Shown here piece after piece: positions 10,791 through 25,930 of a stretch of 64,000 bases of DNA. Made by a program: the position numbers and the translations under genes. Origin of the DNA: the human T2T-CHM13v2.0 reference genome, Homo sapiens; assembly GCF_009914755.1 (NCBI RefSeq), contig NC_060927.1, one strand, 5' to 3'. How positions within the stretch are numbered: the first letter of the stretch is position 1; each line of letters opens with the position of its first letter. Under the pieces are notes generated by a model. It made no database searches and was not told where the DNA came from. It worked only from the letters and a program-made list of their open reading frames with translations.

Positions 10791-13452
10791 AGGCCATGAG
10801 GTTTGAGACCAGGAACAGCCTTGCACTACTTTAGGTGGGTAGCCTCGTACACACGGTGCTGTGTAGAAGGGGGTTGAACACGATGTGAAAGCATCATTTG
10901 GGATTGTGCTCTCCTGGGAGGCCAGACATGCTGGCTGGGCACAGGCCTTAGCTTACTAATTTGATGACTACACAAATGTTTGAAGTGTGCAGTAGGCACA
11001 TAAATGCACTTTGAACCAGGCCCTCTGGGAAATACAAACAATGTAGGATCCTAGCCCTCGGGAAGTTTTAGTCTGTGGAGAAGACAAACTAAGAACTTTG
11101 AAAAAGGCCAGATTGGTTACAGTAGTTGTTAAATTGAAGAAAAGATTTGGAAATGCAAATGTATAAGCTGCTGGTGGATCAGAGCTGGTAGATCAGAGAC
11201 GGCATTAAACTCAGCCTTAAGGCTGAGGGGCAGTTGGGCTGAGAGGCAGGTGTTGAGAAGGTGATCGGATCCAGTGAGAAGAGTGAGGTTTGAAGCTGGA
11301 TTTTAGAAGGCCTTGGATGTGCTGAGGAGTTAACCCTCAAAGTAGCCCGCATCGATCCTGAAACAGTCAATGGTTCCTGAAGTTTGTAAGGATGGGAGTG
11401 ATGAGATCTGACTTGTGCTTTTAGAACCCCATGGCATCCTGGTGAGGAATCGGTTGATGCAGTGAGAAACCGGGGCCAGGGCATGCCTTCAGAGGCTCTT
11501 GCAGTCAGTCTCTGAGAGGCAGATGGGTTGTTACCCCTCTGCAGGCAGCCTGACAACCAAGTAAGAAGGACCCCTATCCTGGAGATGACGCGTTAATCAG
11601 TATGGCATGAGCAGGAAAAGTTGGCCTCCTCTAGAGGTGGAAGATTACAACCTACAGGTCTGCTGTCTCTTCGTTCTCACCTGGAATGTATTAATTACAG
11701 TGAAAGAATTCACAGCTTCCCATTCTTACTCCTGCAAAGGAGATTGAGCGCCGCTTTCTCAGGACTATCCCTTGGGGAAGAACTTGATTCCCATCCCCCT
11801 CAGGTCTCTAGATGGATAATAATCCCCTTTTCTGAGCCAGAATTCTTAGGGAATAGTGACATAAGTTACTTCCTTCATTTTAAAAACATTTAACTACTTT
11901 CATGGGCATTCTCATTTTCTGACTGCTCAGCGTTCATTTCTCAATGCAACTGGTGTTCCAGTTTCCTTTTGGGAGTGTTCCTGTTTCCTGCTGTGTGTAG
12001 ACTTGGTGGGATTGTAATTCCTCTGTGGAAGCTGGATCTGGGCACAGTGCAAGCTTAGCCAGCTTGCACCTCATGCCTGAGGACCTTCAGTTTTGAGTGA
12101 GTATAGAGGAATGGCAGGAGGCCAGGATGGGAGTTCCTCATTGTCTCTCAGGTGTTGCAGTCAGCCCCTTCATGCTATGAGGTTATATCTTTTGCCATCT
12201 CCTACACTTTCAGGGTACCATTGGTTTCTGTCTGGTCCTCCTGCCTTCTTGAGGTTTGGATCATCCATTGATGACCTGCCAGTCAACTTTCCTTTGCTTA
12301 AGTAAGCTGAAGTTGGCTTCTATTGCTTGATGCTATTGGAAAGGCATCTCCTATAGGAGGTGCTACAGAAGATGATGTTGAAGGTGTACAACCATATTCA
12401 ATACTCAGTACAAACAGAGGAGAAGGGAAGATAGTACTAGGCATTGTTCTGTAAGTTAACAGATAACCAAGGCAGTCAACTAAATGCTGAGCAGATGCTA
12501 TGGCCATTGCTTCTAAAGAAGGGGGGCTCCCTTTGGGTTGGTATGGTTGGGGAGTGCTTTTAGTGGAGGTAAAACTGTATTTTCAAAACTATATTCTGGA
12601 AGATTTAAATAAGAGGAGAAAGATGGAGAGAAGAACCTAACAAAAGCAGGGAAATTTTTCTTTCCTCTCCTGCATCTTCCGCATGGAAAGGTTGAAGGAG
12701 GTGGCTAGTTGGCAGCCTGCTGCGTGGAGTGCTGAAGGGACTGGTGGTGTGGCAGTGTGTGGATCACAGCACATCCTTCTAGCCCTCCAGGAGGGTTGGT
12801 CCTGAGATGGAACTTGCATGGTCGCCAGCAGAATGAGTTGTCTGCCCACTCCTCCTAGGTGCCTTCTTGGCTACCCCTGTAGCCCTCCCTGTGAACCTGT
12901 AGCCTCATCTAGAGGATTTCCTGTTGTACTGAGTGCCGCTTAATATGTAATGTGCTCTTCCACCCTGTTCACTTGCCTCTGACTTTTTCCAATATTGATT
13001 TTAAAACCCTCTTCTGCGTAAGGGATTGGTCCATCTTATTATTGGGAAAAGTTATAAAACTAATGACAAGGAAAGGTAATAATTTTTCTGACCTACTTCT
13101 GATGACAGAAGTGTTGCCCTTTCCCATCTAGTGCAGCAGTGATGAACTGTTCTGTGCGTGTCAATGTGTGTTTGCTGTCACTGGTGGTGCCCTGGTTCTG
13201 GTCTGAGTGAAGGCCATGGGTGTCACTGGATCCTGTGAGAGGTGTTTCTCCCTCTGAGTTGATGGAGAAAGTAGGAGTCCAAATCAAACATTCTGGGAAG
13301 AAATAAAAAGAACAATGCTGTTGATCTCAGTCTTCTGATGGGTGGAGTCTTAAAAATCAAATGGATGGAGTAATCAAGTCCTGGGTGAGGCTTTATTTTA
13401 GGTGAGAATGAGATTTACAACCTTGCCTGTTGCTTCCTGACACATATTATTA

Positions 13453-13786
<334 letters not shown>

Positions 13787-13850
13787 AGAAAGCAAAAACT
13801 TTCTTTTCTTTGTTGCTGAGCAATTCTTTTATTATTTTATGATGTGTGAG

Positions 13851-13884
<34 letters not shown>

Positions 13885-13900
13885 AATGCACACACACATA
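13851..13900. repeat. (TA)n followed by CA-rich microsatellite
   Basis: Directly visible. Confidence 0.9.
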
Positions 13901-14656
13901 CTCTGTATTCCTGTTATATGTTAGGCACTGGGTTAGTTTCCTAATAAATGGAAATAAGAGACAGCTTCTGACCTTGAGAAGATGTGTTTATTAGGAGAAT
14001 TAAACATTCTCAGAAGTGACCACATAGCGTTGCAAGGGTCATCCCAGAGGGACAGGAAGACACTCGAGGAGCAAGGAGGCAGTACCACCTGATACTTCCT
14101 GGTAGGGTGGGAATGAATTCTAAGAGGAGGTGAAATGTGAGCTTGATCTTGAAGAATGAATAGAATTTGCCAGGTGGAGAGGAGGGAGGAAGGATGCTGC
14201 AGATAGGGGGCACTCTTGAGCAAAGGCCACGCATTTGGGGAGGATGAGGCCTTTGGCTGGATTATAGGAAGCGGCAGGGTGTGGCGGTGGGGAGGCTAGA
14301 GGGGCCCACAGTGTAGGTGCGGTTGTGGAACGACATCCTGAAAGTCTGATGGGGAGCTCTGTGGAATGGTTTTCTGAACCTCAAAAGAGATAAATAGGAG
14401 ACAGCTGGACATTGATCACTAGGAAAATACTTCAGTGGCAAATCAAGAAGCTAAGGTCAAATCCTCCCACTGAAGATTTGGTAACAAGAGTGCTTCCGTC
14501 CCTGGATGTGCCCCTCTAACCTAAGGATCCCACCAGTAGAGTAGCTGTCCTGTCCTGTTCTCCTGGTGGCAGAGGACTTTTGATCTCTTACTATTTCATT
14601 CTCTTCAATGCCCAGATGCTCCAGGTAGCTGCCACCTTAGCTATGTGAACTGGATA

Positions 14657-14830
14657 CAGTTGGCCCTCCCTGTCCACGGGTTTCCGTATCTGCAGATTCA
14701 ACCCACTGTGGATCGAAGTCCACAGATACAGAGGGCTCACTGTACTATGTCGTTTTATGTAAGAGGCTTGAGCATCCACAGATTCTGGCATCTGTGGAGG
14801 GTCCTGGAACCAATACCCCGTGGCCGACTG
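14657..14830 (-). mobile_element. MER2/MER2B-like Tigger-family MITE, internally deleted
   Basis: TA|CAGTTGGCC...GGCCGACTG|TA inverted termini; internal CTTGAGCATCCACAGATT...GTCCTGGAACCAAT. Confidence 0.75.
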
Positions 14831-15717
14831 TATCATGACTTTAAGATGTTCAAAGTTTTTGAATTGCAATTTTCTAAAATTATGAGGGAGATGGAGGATT
14901 GATTTTGGTTTTACTACAGCTGTAGCCTTTCTAACAGTCCTCTCCTACATTTTTATTGTCTTGTTCCTCAGATTATAAACTCCTTGAGAATAAGAACTGT
15001 GGTGTGATCATTTTGGTCTTTGTAGTGCTGAGCAAATTCTAGACAGGCAGTGAATGGTGATTAAATGGCAGATCTTGAGTGGGTGAGGGTTTGGATGTGT
15101 TACTGCTTTGAAGCCCGCTGTGCAGTCGTCTGTTATCTTTCCCTCGTGATCCCATTGCAGTGCCCCATTGCTAATAGTTGGAAGCAAGCACCCATCACAG
15201 CCTTCTATAGAATGGGTGACAATTCAAAGGTCTGACCCTTTTCAAGCAATAAAACAAAACAAAACAAAGTTTAAAAAGGCTTTCATTATAATGATATTTG
15301 GGAGTCAACTAAAAAGATGTTTGTCTCCTAGTCAGAGTCTTACAGACTTTAGGTTTATCTTTCTTAGAACAAGGGAGAGAGTGGGCTTTGGGAATTCTGG
15401 TCAGAGGTTGTGAAGTATACTACCTGACATTCAGCCAAGGCAGTCCTGATATCTGGGTCTAGCTGTTTGGCATGGCTGTTTTAGAAGTTTAGTGATCTGG
15501 AGACTCTGGTGGCCTTGTCCCTTATACCTCCTCCAGTGTGAGTGTTATGTGGAGATCTGAAAATCCTGTGGAGATCTGCATTGCCTGTGCTCAGATGACT
15601 GGTAAAAGGCATAAATGGGAGAAAAAAATCATGACATCCATAGCCCCTTTCTTTACTTCCTTGTTTTACTTTTTCTTCTCTTCTTTTGTCTACTGAGCTT
15701 AGTCTTTTGATTAGATC

Positions 15718-15915
15718 AGAGGTTGACAAACATTTTCTATAAAGAGCCAGATAGTAAATATTTTACTCTTTGCAGTCACATGTGGTCTTTGCCACATATT
15801 CTTTGTTGTTGTTGTTGTTACAACCCTAAAAAATGTAAAAACCATACTTAGCTCAGAGGCCATACAAAAAGAGACTGTGTACTGGATTTGACTGGTGGGC
15901 AAAAAACCTCTCCTG
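15718..15915. mobile_element. MER58-like hAT-Charlie MITE
   Basis: CAGAGGTTGACAAACATTTTCTATAAAGAGCCAGATAGTAAATATTTTA matches the MER58 start. Confidence 0.75.
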
Positions 15916-18049
15916 GACTAGACTATGCAGCTCCAGAGATTTTAACTTTTTAAGTCTCTCTGAGTACCCAGGTGTCTCAAGAAACTAGCGGGTGGGAGCA
16001 CTGGTGGTGGTCCAAGTTGCTTAGTGGCTATTATTTCTTGTGAGAGGTTTCTTGTCTTGGTATTTGACAACTTCAGTCTTCTGATATGTAAAATGAGGAT
16101 TTTTCTGGAGACAGCCCAGTGGGCTGTATGGGAAAAGTCATTAACTTCTACTTTAATTCCTGGTTCTTTTTTCATTTGGCTTTTTTTTAATAGTTTCTGT
16201 TTCTCTGCTGAAATACCCCATCTCTTTACATATGTTGCCCACCTGCAGATCCTCTAAACATAGTCTCGATTTGACAGTTCCAACACCTTGGTCACCTCTG
16301 GGTTTGGTTCTGTTGACTATTTTCTCTCTTGATACTGGGTCACATTTGCTTGCAGTTTTATGTGCTTTGTAGTTTTTGATTGGTGCTGGTCATCATATGC
16401 AGGAGACCAGTAGAGACTGAGGAAAATAGTGTTTATGCCCAGAAATGGCCATTCTCCTTCTTTTGACAGGCTATTAGTGTGGGAGGTTGAGTAGCCTAGT
16501 TGAGTAGAATGTGGGCTGTAGTGTTGCCTCAGCTTCAAACTATTAATATGATATGTGAGGGTGGGATCAAACCCATTCTGTTTGTCAGGGCTTAGGACCT
16601 GAGTACCTGAAGGGTTCATCTAAGTTTTCCTGACTGTCCACCAGACTATTTTATAGGCCCTACTTGTCTGTGATTGAGGGTCCTTCCTTGTCCCTCCTGC
16701 AGCTGCAGACTACTGTTGCTTGGTGGTCAGTGGAAGGCCTGGAGTGCCTATGGGCTTTCTCTCCATTCTGCTGCACTGCTCACAGACTTCAGCAGGCCCT
16801 GTGCACTGGTGCCTTGGGTGAATGTGTGGAGGGAAGGTGTCTCATTCAGTTCTCCTGCTTTATCTTTAAGAAAATAATTAAGAAAATTCTCATAACTGAT
16901 ACCAGAGTTAGTGCACCCTGTTTGTTGTCATCACCTTTAGAGCACCCTTCACACCCCAAAGAAAATGAAAAGGCCAAAGTGATGGGACTGACCTCACTCC
17001 TGCTCTGAATGTCCAGGCCCACATGGCTGCTAACGTACAGGGCTAATCCTTCCATAGAATATGCAGGGGTCCACACACTGGGTAGAAAGGGCTGTGCCAC
17101 ACATCTGCCCATCTGCATGCCCCATTCACCTTCACATTTGCTCAGAGAACAAGGGTGGCAGGTTATAGTTTAGAGAATTGGAATAATTAGTTGAAAGGGA
17201 CACTGTGAGGCCTCCTGGGTTCCCACTTAACCTGGCCTTGGTGGTTATATGATGTGACAAATTTTGGAGAAAGGAAAACTGTAGATAAGCTTACATGAAA
17301 ACTGGCTTAATCCTTTTAGTTGATCACACACCAAAAATGAACTTTGATTTATTTCCTGTATATTTTATCTAAACTGAGGGTGGAGGAAGGCTGTAGAAAC
17401 CAGACATGGTGTTCGGTCATGGGATTGAGAGTCTGGCATCTGTGTCCAGGGATGGCCCTCTGTTCATCACTGCTGCAGTAGTGATGCCTGCCTTGGCCGG
17501 GTTGTGGTGAGGACCAAATGAGGAACATATATGTACAGTGCCTGGTGTCACAAAATGTTAGAAATGTTATCCTAGAGTGGTGTATTGGACAAACACGGGC
17601 TGTGAGGCTGCAGCTGTGTTCAGACGGCCTCCATCACTGTGGTTCCTTCGTGTTTCTATGATGCTGCCTTACCTGCAAGGTGAGGGGCAGGCGGTGCTGT
17701 GCGCCGTTGGGAAAGTTAGGATTTACTCTTCCTCCTTCACTTCCACCCATGTCTCCATGACAGAATTGATGTGAACTCATTCTTAAAACAAATCAGTGAT
17801 TTTTTTTTTTTTTAAAGGATGTGGAGTCAAGAAACAAGTGAGGTTCATGTAGCTTCTGACTGGTTCTCTGGAGAGAGAAGCTGAAGTCATGTGGGGGTCC
17901 TAGAAACACTTTATTGATGGCCAGATGCCATGGAGCATCCTAGAGGTATGGTGTGGGTGTGGAATGAGGCTGCTCCTACTCAACCTGCTGTTGAAAGACC
18001 CTTTTGCCTGTGTCGCCTGGCTCTCTGTTCATCTCACTGCCTGACTTCC

Positions 18050-18200
18050 ACACCTGGCTGTGCATCTGGATCACCTGGGAACTTGTTAAAAATGCAGATA
18101 TTTGGATCCGATACTGAAACAACTGGATAAGACTCTTGGATGCTGTGATCCTGGAATATGTATTTCTAACAGCCTCCCATGTGATTCTGGTGCAGCAAGC
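18050..18200. mobile_element. MER5A-like hAT-Charlie MITE
   Basis: ATCACCTGGGAACTTGTTAAAAATGCAGAT...TTTCTAACAGCCTCCCATGTGATTCTG. Confidence 0.7.
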
Positions 18201-18926
18201 CCAAAGCTGGTGCCTGGACCAATGCCGGGAGCCATTGACCCCAGAGTGTTTTTTGGCCCTTTTTGCAGTCTAGTCACCCCAGGGATGTGAAGTGTTCCTG
18301 CCAGGGATGTGGCTCCCTGTGGTCCTCAGGCCAGGAGGCTGTACTGTTTGAAAAGTGTACCAGGTGATTCTGATCGCTTCCCCTGCTTTGTCTCCCTCTC
18401 CCTGATGCAGCTCCTGCCTAGATGAATAGCTTTGTTGGGCTTATTGACCTCTAAGAGAAACAGATGCTCTTTTCTCTGCCAGGGTCTGCTAGAGAAGAGA
18501 ATCTGCTGTCTGTGTTACCACTCCCTTGGTGAGGGATCCAGGCCATCTGGGTTCAGCGTTTTAGGGGATAGTAGTAAGACCTCTGATCCCAAATCCAAAG
18601 GGATGGCTGTGGGATGCAGGTGATACCGAGTGGCACTCACTGCATTCAGCAATAGCTCAGCTTATGTGAGAACCCAAAGCCTCAATTCTTTGCAGCAGCG
18701 GTAGCCACAGCCCAGGTCATACTGGAGGCATGCAGCAGAAGCGAAAGAAACCTTCTCAAGGGCTTGTGGGACTCTCAGGAGGGCTGCTGCTGGTCTGGTT
18801 ACTACTTACTGCTGCCAGGTGGGCCCAATAGACCTGTGGGCTGAGCTTCCGGTATCTCCCCTAAGAAAACTGTTGTGTTCTTGTTTCCTGTCCACTTCAT
18901 TAGGTGCATTGTGATGGTATCCTTGG

Positions 18927-19338
18927 TATTATGATTTGAATATTTGTCCCCTTCAAAACTCATGTGGAAATTTAATCCCCAGTGTGGCAGTATTGAGAGG
19001 TGATTGGGTCATGAGGGCTCTGCCATGATGAATGGATTGAATCCAGTTGTAAATTCATGAGTTGATGGATTAAGGAGTTACCATGAGAGCGGGACTGGCA
19101 ACTTTGTAGGAAAAGGAAGGGAAACCTGAGAGAGCACACTCAGCCCCCTCACCACTTGATGCCATGCACCACCTCAGGACTTCTCAGAGAGTCCCAGCTA
19201 GCAAGAAGGTTCCCATCAGGTGTAGCCCCATGACTTGGACTTCTCAGCCTCTAGAACTATGAGAAATAAATTCTTTTTCTTTATCAATGACGCAGTTTCA
19301 GATCCTCTGTTATAAGCAAGAGAAAATGGACTAAGATA
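18927..19338 (+). mobile_element. MST-family (MSTC/D-like) solo LTR
   Basis: Starts TATTATGATTTGAATATTTGTCCCC, contains AATAAA, ends GGACTAAGATA. Near-identical 5-bp flanks CTTGG/TTTGG. Confidence 0.8.
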
Positions 19339-20960
19339 TTTGGGGTGGAAGAAATCCTGTTTTTCCCTCAACTGTTTCATACATTTCTAACCATCAGATA
19401 GGTGGTGGTCACCCTGGTAGTGGGGAGAAGGACTAGGGGGAAGATGTGGGGTTGGGTGGAGAGGTGCCTGGGGGAGGGTGTTCATCAGGACAAGCTGGCC
19501 TGTGTGGTGTCATTGAGCAAGGAGAAGGTGAAACGCAGTCTCTAGCTGTTTTGAACCCTATGGGGAGCTTGTGGACTCCTCCTCTTTAAAGAAAGCTGTT
19601 ACTCTGTGGACTGCTCAGATTCAAGTGTGGGGATTTCAGAATCTCGCTGTTCTAGAATGGCCCTGCTGTAGGAAGGGGGAGCCCAACATTTTTTGAGTAG
19701 CAGGAGATGTGCATGTGTATTCTTTGTTTAAGAAGCTGGAAGGACACGTGGGTTTTGCAACCTGGGCTTATTTGGATTTTGTGGAGCCTCCCCCATTACC
19801 AAATCACAGGTCTGCGGATGCCTTCAGTTTTCTTTTCTCTGGCTATGGTGCCTGGCTCAGGCGACCTCTGCTGTGTGCTGACAGAAGCTGGACATCCTCA
19901 TTAGCTGCTAACTTTGTTAGGCAAATGGCTGATTGCGGTTCCATTCCTGGTGTCACTGCTTCTAATTAGCAGATCGCATGTCTCTGAAAATGTCTGTTAG
20001 CACCAGGGATGACTAAAGAGGCTGACAGCTGGGGCTGGGGGCTGGAGAAACTGTGCAGAAGTGCTTTCTCTTCAGCCTCTTGAGGGTCCAGGCTGCCGAC
20101 CTCAGCTAGGCTCCTTGGCCTCTGAGTGCCCACTGGAGCCCAAGGGAACAGAGCAGCAGGGTTCCTTGAAAATTGCACCAACTGGAGGGGTGATCTGAGC
20201 CATCTGAGAGTGGCATTGGAGCAGCAGGTGACACCCTCCCTGACTTCCTACTTTGTTCTTGAGAGAAGTCCAGGCCAGTCTGAGAGTTTTGGGGTTTCTT
20301 GTTTTGAACAGAGGTCTTACGTGGTCATATGTGAACCTAATACTGTAGGGAAACCTGATTGGATCGGTGCCATCCCTCCTGGCTCGCATCAGATGGTATG
20401 CGCTGGCAGTGAGGGCACAGGTAGTCAGAGGAAGTAGCACCACCCCTTCTGCTGCCATGCTTGCTGTACCCCTGCTCCTCTTCCTTCGGGTCAGTGCCCA
20501 CCAGCCCTGCCACTCTTCTGTGTGTGGATCAAGTGGGGCAGCCCTTACAGCCCTAGGACAACCTGACAGCAGTATATTTTCCTTTTCTCTCCTGCCAGAG
20601 TGAAATTGGGCTGGTGCCTTCCCACTTCTATGCTTGCCTCTAGGATGCCAGTAGGGCTGGGGAGAGGGGAGGGTCTTGGTTATTTTAAGTCTATTTATGC
20701 AATTTATTCACATGGTTTTTGGGGAGCTACCATTCTGCTTTTTCCTTTTTGTGGAAAAATGTTTTCAATTTGTCAAGCCGATTGTGTTTGCCCTCTTGGG
20801 GAGATGCCATTGCTGGCTACTGGCAAGGTATAGAATCGAAAAGGGTTATTTGGCTGAGAAACATCAACAAGTGTTTGCCGGAGAAAAGTCCGATTCTTTC
20901 CCTTACCTTTGTCTACTTGGTGGGTGAGCCAGGGCCCTATCTCCTGTGTGTTGGCTATGA

Positions 20961-21473
<513 letters not shown>

Positions 21474-24400
21474 TGAGAGCCTTGTTCTAGTGAAGTTTTA
21501 TTATTTTATATGGGTGTGGGAGGGACACTCTTCCCTGGGATTCTCGTTGGCAGAACTGTGTCGCAGGGCCACCTCTAGCTGCAAAAGGGGGGCTGGGATA
21601 GTGAGCAGTTTTACCTGGACACGTGACTGCCCCAAACAAAATCAGGATTATGTTATTAAAGAAGAGGGAAGAGGGACTGGATGCTGGTCAGGTGGCGAGG
21701 GCACTTTCCATAGCCTTGTGGCTTAGCGAAGCCCAGCGTCCGGACTCTGTTACACCTGGGCTCAGATGCCCCAGGTACTGTCTCTGTGACCCTGGACCCA
21801 TTATTTAACCAAGCCTCAGTTTCCTCACATGTCAAATGGCACACCTCTCCTGGAGTTGTTAGCATGCTTTCATAATATGTGAGCAAAGCCTTCAGCACAT
21901 GGTCTGGCAGATGGAAGGTGGTCAATACATTCTTGCCTTTCTGTTATGCCAAATTCCCCCAAAATGCACTAGGAGAGGAGCTACACGGGTGACTAATAGA
22001 GTCTAAAGGATAGAAGTGGGTAGTGATTTTCCACCATGGCAAAAAAGGGACAGCGAACAGAGTGCTTTTGAGTGCAGGAATGCTGGCTGTTACCAGGTTG
22101 CTAATGTTCTAACCCTCCACCTGGGTTGGCTTCAGGCTTCGGAGGCCCCTGAGTACACCCCTCCCCACCAGGTAGCCTTAATTCTAAAACAGACCTTCCA
22201 GATCCCACTAGTTGTTCTTTCCTAACTCTTAAGGTTAATTTGTGCTTGGAGAGGAGATACAGCTATTCAGGGCTGCTGTCTCTGGGCTTGCATTCTTGCT
22301 GATGCCAGGACTGGCTTGTTTCACTGACCTTGGGCTTGTGAGGCTAAGTGGGTAGGGAACCCTGGGTGCTTGGCTTCCTGCCCACTTGGGTGTGTTCTTA
22401 GCAGAGTCAAGTCACTCCCTGCCCCCTACACTTGGTGGCATCTCCTCCTTCCTTATCAAATCTTGGCGAGGCTTCTCTGGAGGATTCTGGTACTCTGTTC
22501 TTGGCTAGGACTTGGGTGGCTGGGCAGGGTGGCTTAGGGGTATTGCTGAGGAGAGTAGAGGTATGTGGCAAAGCCTTTTGCATGACACGTATCAGGTAAC
22601 AAAGCTCTGAGGCCGCTGGGACTAGACACACTGGGAGTGACAGTCTCTGTGGAGTGGCTTCTACTGGGAGCCTTTGCCTCTGCGCTTGTGCCCACAGGGA
22701 AGGGAGCACCTGCACATCAGCCTCGCACAGCGGGCATGGCCTGGGCAGCCTTGCTGGGAAAGTCATGACTTTCCTCTTCTTGATGCAGACTCCCTGCTCT
22801 CTCTCCTCTTCCCCTGTTGATTGGGTGCCTTCCCTAACACATACAGCCTCTGGTGTTTTTTCTGCTTGTGTGTAGTGGTTCCCAGGAGGCCTGGCAGCCC
22901 TGCCTTGCCTTGGGCCTGCTCCTTCTCTACATCTCCCCTGGCAGCAGTGGCGCTTGGTGTGCGAGTGCATCCAGGGCAGGATCCGCCCAAGAGCCTCTGT
23001 TCTTGGGGCTCCCAGGTGTCAGACAATGTTGAACACGGGGCCCATTCTCTAGCTGACTGGTTGGACATGATGTCGGCACCTTATCTTCGTGCTGACACAC
23101 ACTGGACATTAATAGAAATACACCGCCATGTCACATGTGTGGAATTTCAAGCAGCCGCGAGGCGGGTGCTTTCGATAGCCTATTGTGTGCTTAACCTCTT
23201 CCAAAGAGGTTTTTGATGAGAAATATGTAGGGCTGTTAACTCCAGGCAGCCTGGCATGTGGCAGGTTTTCCTTTTTTTTCCTTTCCCCTTCTTGATTGTT
23301 TGCAGTGCTTCCTTAATCTTCACTCTGGAGGAGTGGGCTTTGCCACTTCAGGACATTTTATTTAATCCGTGGCTGCACAGGCAGCGCTCTGCTGGCACCA
23401 AGGACAGCATGGTTAGCCTGGGTGCTGTGGGGCTGTGAGGTGGCCCGGGAGTACTGGGGGAGCCTCTCCTCAGCTGAGTTGTCTGGCCCTGGGTTTTTTG
23501 CCCCGATCTCAGCTTTCATGGCTGTGTACAGGGCTTTTGGGACTACTGGTTGCTTCTCTTCCGAGACAGCCTAAGCTTTTGGAGCTGTCTTTGTTTTTCT
23601 CTTCATCTCGTCTCCTTTCTCCCTCTCGGGAGCTGCTGGTGATGCCTCAGTTTCTCTAACTGAGGTCTGAAGCCCAGGAAAAGATCTTTACTCAGATGAT
23701 CTGGGTCTTGGTGTGCTCTTTGTAATTGCGTGTGACTTTGCAGTTATCCTAAGAGAGACTTGTATTTGCAGCTCATTTCTACTGCTTATCTGGGATATCT
23801 CCATACACGTTCGGTTTTCCCAGCTGTAAAGTGAGATGATAGTGCAACTCATAAGGTTAGTATGGGGTTTCAGTGAGATAAAATTAAGTGCCTAGGAGAA
23901 TGTCTAGACTGCAGTAAGCTCTCAACAGAAATTATGTACCTAAACATTTTCTTAGTGAGGCTAAAGGTGAAAAGCATTCATGGCCACTGGCTTCTGGATC
24001 ATGTTTCTCAGTCTTCCTACTAGTAAGGCTGGTCTTTAACCTTATTCCAATTGCCATTTTACTTCTGATGGCACTTTGTATATCAGAAATCTGCTTTACC
24101 TCCATCTTGGATTTCATCATGACTCAATTCTCATGGCCCATCAGGTCTCGTGGTGTGACATGTCTCCCTGCCCACAGGGTCTGTACTGACAGCTAGATAT
24201 ATCCAGCACCCTCCTTCCCTTCATTTCCAGAGACTTCCTCCATGCCCATGTTGCTGGATTCCAGCCTTGGGTGAACCCCACCAACTGCTTTCTCTGCATC
24301 TGGGCCTGGGCTCCTGGGGGCCGCTAGAGGCTGGATGGTTGGGTTCTCATGCAGTTCGTGCTCTCTGACCTCCTGGGCGTTACCCTCTCTGCTGCTGCCT

Positions 24401-24770
24401 TGCCGTCCTCTTGCTGCGCTCCAGCAGCACCCTCCTGTGCCCTCCCCACATCCACTTGTGAGTTCTCTCCATCCTGGCCTCACCGCCCTCTCCTCCTTGC
24501 TTCCTCTCCTCTTAAAAGGGGCCTCTCTGCCAGTGACCTGGATCCTGGATCTAGCTCCTCCCCTCCTCTTAGAGCCTGCTCTGTTACTTCCCCACTTTCT
24601 CCTCAGATATCCCTGTCTAAAACCAATAGACCTTTCCCAAGCAGCTACTCTGGTTGCCTCCTGGCTCTTCCCTTTCCTTGCCATAGAGTGTCTTGGAATC
24701 ACAGTGGTAGTCATAATCTTTCTTCTCAAACTCATTACAATTTGGCGTGATCTCAGAAATTACCATGATT

Positions 24771-25078
24771 GGCTGGGTGCAGTGGCTCACGCCTGTAATC
24801 CCAGCACTTTGGGAAGCCAAGGCGGATGGATCACCTGAGGTCAGGAATTCGAGACCAGCCTGGGCAACATGGTGAAACCCCATCTCTACTAAAAATACAA
24901 AAATTAGCTGGGCGTGGTGGTGGGCGCTGGTAATCTCAGCCACTTGGGAGGTTGAGATAGGAGACTTGCTTGAACCCGGGAGGCGGAGGTGGCGGTGAGC
25001 CGAGATTGTGCCACTGCACTCTAGCCTGGGCAACAGAGTGAGACTACATCTCCAAAAAAAAAAAAAAAAAGAAAGAAA
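24771..25078 (+). mobile_element. AluS with 15-bp TSD
   Basis: AGAAATTACCATGAT at 24755-24769 and 25079-25093. Confidence 0.96.
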
Positions 25079-25249
25079 AGAAATTACCATGATCTTCTTT
25101 CCAACAAATCTGATAACTTTCCTTCTTCACATTTCCTTCAAGGGGTATTTATCACCAAGTAGCTACTCTTCCTTTAAATGTCCCTTCTGTGAGCCTCTGT
25201 GCCTTAGCTATCCTGCCCCCTTTCTGCATGCTCCATCCATCCATTCAAG

Positions 25250-25930
25250 ACATGTTCCCTGAGCAGGGCTGCAGCCCGGGCTGGGCTGGCCATCCAGAAG
25301 TGACCCGATCCTGACCCTACTGGAGCCCCTGGTCCAGTTGGAGAAACAGATGTCAAACAAGTAACTATTACCAGCTGAGATAAGCATACTGCTGCAGAGA
25401 GAGAGAGAGTGATAGTGATGCCCTAATTTAGATTGAGGTCAGCTAATGCTTCTCTGAGGAGTGGACATGTGAGCCGCGACCTAGAGGGTAAGTGGGAAGG
25501 AGACAAAGAATGAGGAGGGGGAGCTCTGCAGTTTGTGGGGAGTGTGCCCCGGCCTGGGTGGTAGAGAGTTCAGTGAGTGAATGCAGCTGCCAGCAAGAAG
25601 GGTGTGAACAGTGGGTGGGGACTCATGGGCATGGCAGGAAACTGGGTTTGAGAAGCAGCAGGGAGCATGTGAAAGGTTTTCATAGAGATTCTGGGGAAGA
25701 TGGCAGAGTGGGCAAGAGCAGAGGCAGGGGAATCAACAGGACTCCCAAGGGCCCTTCAGAGAGATCATGGTGACCCAGACAAAGGACAGTGACAGTATCT
25801 GGGGGAAGAATTATGTGGAGAAAGAAATGACACATTTGGTGAGGATGGGGGCTGTGGGGTGAGAAAGAAGGAGGTGTTGAGAATGACTCTTGGGTTTCTG
25901 GCCTGAGCCAGATGCCCTTTTTTGACAAGG
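25250..25930. mobile_element. Degraded L2
   Basis: CTTCTCTGAGGAGTGGACATGTGAGC and GAGAATGACTCTTGGGTTTCTGGCCTGAGC resemble L2 consensus. Confidence 0.5.

Noticed and set aside
22407-24838. 130-187 aa ORFs, including a leucine-rich one at 24335
   Set aside because: Low-complexity CT/GA-biased sequence, overlapping ORFs on both strands, no recognisable domain or exon structure.
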